Source: an uncultured virus (IMG/VR IMGVR_UViG_3300048580_000371) (taxonomy: Duplodnaviria > Heunggongvirae > Uroviricota > Caudoviricetes). From it: DNA of 20,000 nt. The notes below the pieces were generated by a model. The model worked only from the letters and a program-made list of their open reading frames with translations. It searched no databases and was not told where the DNA came from. Where the stretch lies: IMG/VR virus record IMGVR_UViG_3300048580_000371; one strand, given 5' to 3'. Of this stretch, positions 16,411 to 20,000 are shown one piece after another (positions within the stretch are counted from its first letter, which is position 1; the number at the start of each line of letters is the position of its first letter). A program made the translations under genes and the position numbers.

Positions 16411-16721
16411 TGTTAAGGATGCATGGACATGGTTTTCCTGTTTTAACACCAAACTTACCTGAAGGTTATATAGAAAATCCAGGTTGGTATGATGATAATG
16501 TTCTTGAATATACTTTTAGTGGAAATTGGACTGAGTTAACATTTCGCAATGAAGGCAGTTTCACTCTTTATTGGGATAAGTTTGAAGATGCTGAAAATTG
16601 GATTCAAAATAATATTCAAAATTGGCAAGAAAATGCTTGTTGGATTCGGATCAATGATTGTTCGTATTTTTATTTCAAACATTCCAGTGACGCCATGTTA
16701 TTTAAATTGAGGTGGTTATGA
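16410..16721 (+). CDS. FKLxW-family hypothetical protein
   Basis: ENWIQNN; ends FYFKHSSDAMLFKLRWL. Confidence 0.8.
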   Translation: MLRMHGHGFPVLTPNLPEGYIENPGWYDDNVLEYTFSGNWTELTFRNEGSFTLYWDKFEDAENWIQNNIQNWQENACWIRINDCSYFYFKHSSDAMLFKLRWL

Positions 16722-17011
16722 TTATTCATTCATCGCTTGGTGTTTATGATGAAGAAACAATAGATGAATATTTGTTTGATGATCAGGAACATTATCGTCA
16801 AACATTGTATTATTATTATCGTTTGGATAGAAATTTTGAATCAATAAAAATTAGACAATGGTTAGATGATAATAAAATTCCTTATGTAATAGGATGGACT
16901 AAAATTGAAAAGTTACCAAATCCAGGTGAACTTTACAAGTATTCAATTAGATGTTATTTGAAAATATTGCATAAAAAAGATTTCCTAATATGTAAATTGA
17001 GGTGGTTATGA
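16718..17011 (+). CDS. FKLxW-family hypothetical protein
   Basis: IRQWLDDN; ends KKDFLICKLRWL. Confidence 0.8.
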   Translation: MIIHSSLGVYDEETIDEYLFDDQEHYRQTLYYYYRLDRNFESIKIRQWLDDNKIPYVIGWTKIEKLPNPGELYKYSIRCYLKILHKKDFLICKLRWL

Positions 17012-17232
17012 CACATTTTAAAACAAATATAAATTGGATAGATAGATTATTACAAAATGGAGTTGTGGTTATTATATCTCAGTCCAATTATGAAAAAGCT
17101 TTTAATTGGGCAGGGAAAAACATTGAAAATTTTAAATGGTTAGCAATGAACACAATGACCAAAGTACCAAATTATCATTTTTATTTTGAAAATCCCAATG
17201 ATGCAATGATATTTAAATTGAAATGGAGATAA
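17008..17232 (+). CDS. FKLxW-family hypothetical protein
   Basis: FNWAGKN; ends FYFENPNDAMIFKLKWR. Confidence 0.8.
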   Translation: MTHFKTNINWIDRLLQNGVVVIISQSNYEKAFNWAGKNIENFKWLAMNTMTKVPNYHFYFENPNDAMIFKLKWR

Positions 17233-17233
17233 A

Positions 17234-17794
17234 ATGGAAGAAGAATGGGAAACAGAGCCTGATTTTAAAGAAGGAAAATATCTTGGTTACAGTTATAATA
17301 TTAAACGCCATCCAGAGATGAAGCATCTTTGTGGATATGTTGTCGTGCCAAAATCCCATATGTTATATAGGGATGAAAATGTGTGTGAACGTATTATTAA
17401 TTGTCATGGTGGGATTACCTATACAGGTATTGATACAGGGAAGTGGGCAATTGGATTTGACTGTGCCCATTCAGGGGACAAATCACCAAGTCTTGCACAT
17501 TTTTTAAAAAACAGCCCTTATGATAATCCTTATGATAGTGGTGTATATCGTAATATTGAATATGTTGAAAGAGAATGTTATGATATTATTGTACAATTAA
17601 AACAATTGTCTGGCTTTAAATATTATGATATGAGTGGTTATTCATCCAATGATGTTGATGATAAAATTCAGTGGTGCATGGAAAATTGTCGTGGGCAATG
17701 GAAATTTTTGGAAGATTTTTATAATATTATAGTTTTTAAAAACAAACAAGATTTTATGTTTTATCGTTTAAGATGGGGGGTTGGAAATGACTAA
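17234..17794 (+). CDS. Fusion of a CGYV/HGGITY/GFDCAH phage domain to an FKLxW domain
   Basis: HLCGYV, CHGGITY, IGFDCAH then IQWCMENCRGQW...QDFMFYRLRWG. Confidence 0.8.
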   Translation: MEEEWETEPDFKEGKYLGYSYNIKRHPEMKHLCGYVVVPKSHMLYRDENVCERIINCHGGITYTGIDTGKWAIGFDCAHSGDKSPSLAHFLKNSPYDNPYDSGVYRNIEYVERECYDIIVQLKQLSGFKYYDMSGYSSNDVDDKIQWCMENCRGQWKFLEDFYNIIVFKNKQDFMFYRLRWGVGND

Positions 17795-18044
17795 CACCAT
17801 ATTAATAGATTTTATCGATAAAAAATATGAATATGATAAATTTTGGTGGGCATTTTATGTAGATGGAGAAACTGGCTTACCATATTATGACCTTGACACC
17901 AGCTTATTAACTTGGTTGAAGAAAAAAGAAACAATTCATTATATATATTTGACTGCAGACAGGCACAGAAGTCATTTAAGCGGCGTTGAATTTCATTTTG
18001 ACAATAAAGAAGACATGTTATTATTTAAATTACAATGGTTATAG
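17787..18044 (+). CDS. FKLxW-family hypothetical protein
   Basis: LTWLKKK; ends FHFDNKEDMLLFKLQWL. Confidence 0.8.
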   Translation: MTNTILIDFIDKKYEYDKFWWAFYVDGETGLPYYDLDTSLLTWLKKKETIHYIYLTADRHRSHLSGVEFHFDNKEDMLLFKLQWL

Positions 18045-18052
18045 GAGAAAAT

Positions 18053-18283
18053 ATGAATAAGATATTATTAAATAATAATTGTTTTGACTATTCATTTCAA
18101 AATGGTTTTTCCATACACAATGAAGTATTTGAATGGTTAAAAGAAAATAACATCAAATATTTACAAATAACAGACTATATACCTGTTGAAAATAAACCAA
18201 ATTGTTGGGCAGGATTAATATGGTTAGGATTTCAAAACAGAAACGACGCAATGCGTTTTAAATTAAGGTGGGGTGGACAATGA
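18053..18283 (+). CDS. FKLxW-family hypothetical protein
   Basis: SD AGGAG; FEWLKEN; ends NDAMRFKLRWGGQ. Confidence 0.8.
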   Translation: MNKILLNNNCFDYSFQNGFSIHNEVFEWLKENNIKYLQITDYIPVENKPNCWAGLIWLGFQNRNDAMRFKLRWGGQ

Positions 18284-18702
18284 TTAAATATGTAGCTGGG
18301 TTTATTTTTTCGCCAGAACGAGATAGGGTTCTTCTTATTAGGAAAAATCGTCCTGATTTTCAGGCTGGAAAATTAAATGGTATTGGTGGTAAAGTTGAAC
18401 AAGATGAAACATATCTTCAAGCCATGATGCGTGAAACATATGAAGAATCTGGTTTGATAATACACGAATGGACAAATTTCGCAATATTAAATCATCAAAA
18501 CTATTGTATCCATTTTTATATGTCAATATCAGACTACTATTGTGATTTTTTTAATAAAACAGATGAAAAAATTGAAATACACATTGTTAATCAATTATCA
18601 ATTAGAAATGATTTAATGAATCATATTAGATGGTTGGTCCCACTATCTTTAAATACAGACATCAAATTTCCAATTGAATATACAGATATAGGGGTGAATT
18701 AA
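18280..18702 (+). CDS. Nudix (MutT-like) hydrolase
   Basis: Nudix box GGKVEQDETYLQAMMRETYEESGL. Confidence 0.92.
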   Translation: MIKYVAGFIFSPERDRVLLIRKNRPDFQAGKLNGIGGKVEQDETYLQAMMRETYEESGLIIHEWTNFAILNHQNYCIHFYMSISDYYCDFFNKTDEKIEIHIVNQLSIRNDLMNHIRWLVPLSLNTDIKFPIEYTDIGVN

Positions 18703-18711
18703 AACTGTAAA

Positions 18712-19053
18712 ATGGTTTGTAATTGTGAATTTTGTACTATTTTTAGGCGTGTTAAAGATAATCCATATCCTGCAGAAGGAGACATGAATAATTTGTCTTG
18801 GATAGAGGAATTAGAATTAGAAGATATGTTGAAAGCTTGGTATGTTAGAGTTTTTGTTGATGAATTAAAATTTAGAGAAAATGAAGATATGATTAATGAT
18901 TGGTTAGAAGATAATTGTAAGTGTGAATATGATATTCAAGATTTTATATCACAGAAAAACTGTGGAACCATGATAACATTTTTTTATAATAGGAATGATA
19001 ATGGTGAACAAGCTAAAAAAGATGCAGTGTTGTTTAAATTAAAGTGGGGTTAA
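18712..19053 (+). CDS. FKLxW-family hypothetical protein
   Basis: INDWLEDNCKCEY; ends KKDAVLFKLKWG. Confidence 0.8.
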   Translation: MVCNCEFCTIFRRVKDNPYPAEGDMNNLSWIEELELEDMLKAWYVRVFVDELKFRENEDMINDWLEDNCKCEYDIQDFISQKNCGTMITFFYNRNDNGEQAKKDAVLFKLKWG

Positions 19054-19054
19054 A

Positions 19055-19375
19055 ATGAAAGAGATTTTTATGTTTGGATATGCCAATAAATTATATCAAA
19101 AATATAATTACAAAGATTGTGTCACCGGTCAAAAATATCCCCAAGATAGAAAAATCGTTGGTGGAAAGAAATTCTTTTTACCATGGAAAAATACTTGGAA
19201 AGGTGGTTTTCAAATCAGAGATGGTTGTACAACAGAAACAACAAAATATGTTAAAGAATTAAAACAATATGCCAAACATCGTTGGGAATTGACTTGTGAT
19301 GAATATTATGATCGAGTATTGGTGAATTTTATGGACAACAGGGATTTATTATTTTTTAAATTGAGGTGGGGATGA
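19055..19375 (+). CDS. FKLxW-family hypothetical protein
   Basis: Ends NRDLLFFKLRWG. Confidence 0.8.
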   Translation: MKEIFMFGYANKLYQKYNYKDCVTGQKYPQDRKIVGGKKFFLPWKNTWKGGFQIRDGCTTETTKYVKELKQYAKHRWELTCDEYYDRVLVNFMDNRDLLFFKLRWG

Positions 19376-19644
19376 TTTCTTATACCTACAACGATTTTGT
19401 CAATAATACTACCTATTTTAGACCAGGTACTGTTGAGCGTATGCGTTGTTATATGTTATGCAAGGAGAGTGGCTGGTTCCCAGAAATTATTTTTGTATTT
19501 GGTGGAAAAGATTCGACCATTATAATAGCTGATATGATACAATGGTGCAAAGAAAATTGTAAAGGGAAATGGGCGTTTGAAAATTGGTATATTAAATTTG
19601 AAACATCCAATGATGGAATGTTATTTAAAATGAGATGGGGATAA
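19372..19644 (+). CDS. FKLxW-family hypothetical protein
   Basis: MIQWCKENCKGKW; ends SNDGMLFKMRWG. Confidence 0.8.
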   Translation: MISYTYNDFVNNTTYFRPGTVERMRCYMLCKESGWFPEIIFVFGGKDSTIIIADMIQWCKENCKGKWAFENWYIKFETSNDGMLFKMRWG

Positions 19645-19646
19645 AC

Positions 19647-19994
19647 GTGGCTATAAATTATAACACACTTAAAGCAAGCATTAATAATTCTAATACTATC
19701 CAGATTAGTAATTTTAAATATTCAATTGAACCAAAGGTTGAATTTTGTATAGAATATCAACAATGGCTTTACACGCTTGTTAATACAATGAATGAAAAAA
19801 TTAAAATTGATGATTGGATTAAAAATTATTTACAACCAAAAACAGTTATAATTTTGAAACAACATTCAGATATGGAGATATTAAAAAATTGGGCAACAGA
19901 ACATGCTAAAGGAAAATATTGTATTTATTCCACTAATATTGTAATATTTGAAGACAACCAAGATGCAATAATGGTAAAGTTAAAATGGAGTTAA
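19647..19994 (+). CDS. FKLxW-family hypothetical protein
   Basis: Probable GTG start; KNWATEHAKGKY; ends NQDAIMVKLKWS. Confidence 0.8.
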   Translation: MAINYNTLKASINNSNTIQISNFKYSIEPKVEFCIEYQQWLYTLVNTMNEKIKIDDWIKNYLQPKTVIILKQHSDMEILKNWATEHAKGKYCIYSTNIVIFEDNQDAIMVKLKWS

Positions 19995-20000
19995 AATGGC

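Noticed and set aside
14379..19994. Regularly spaced TTTAAATT...TGG repeats as a CRISPR array
   Set aside because: The repeats are degenerate, coding, and spaced hundreds of bp apart by intact ORFs; no cas genes are visible.

Overview
AT-rich, densely packed phage DNA, most likely from a large T4-related or jumbo phage (T4-like PolB, DsbA-like gene, TATAAATA late-promoter motifs). The centre holds a heavily fragmented family B DNA polymerase. Fragment A (4003-5700) stops in the fingers domain. Fragment B starts 5.5 kb downstream (11264) and is interrupted by two paralogous group I introns flanking a 12-nt micro-exon in motif B. It then carries two paralogous inteins only 2 residues apart in catalytic motif C, the second being the N-half of a split intein whose C-half is not in the window. 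Four free-standing homing-endonuclease-like genes are present. Three of them, from different nuclease families, share a 150-180 bp upstream cassette that appears to encode a structured antisense small RNA with an anti-Shine-Dalgarno loop. Both flanks are arrays of about 25 small, translationally coupled, divergent genes sharing a C-terminal D-A-x-x-F-K-L-[KR]-W motif. An Apyc1-like metallo-beta-lactamase and a Nudix hydrolase are also present. All calls come from reading the sequence by eye; no database searches were run.
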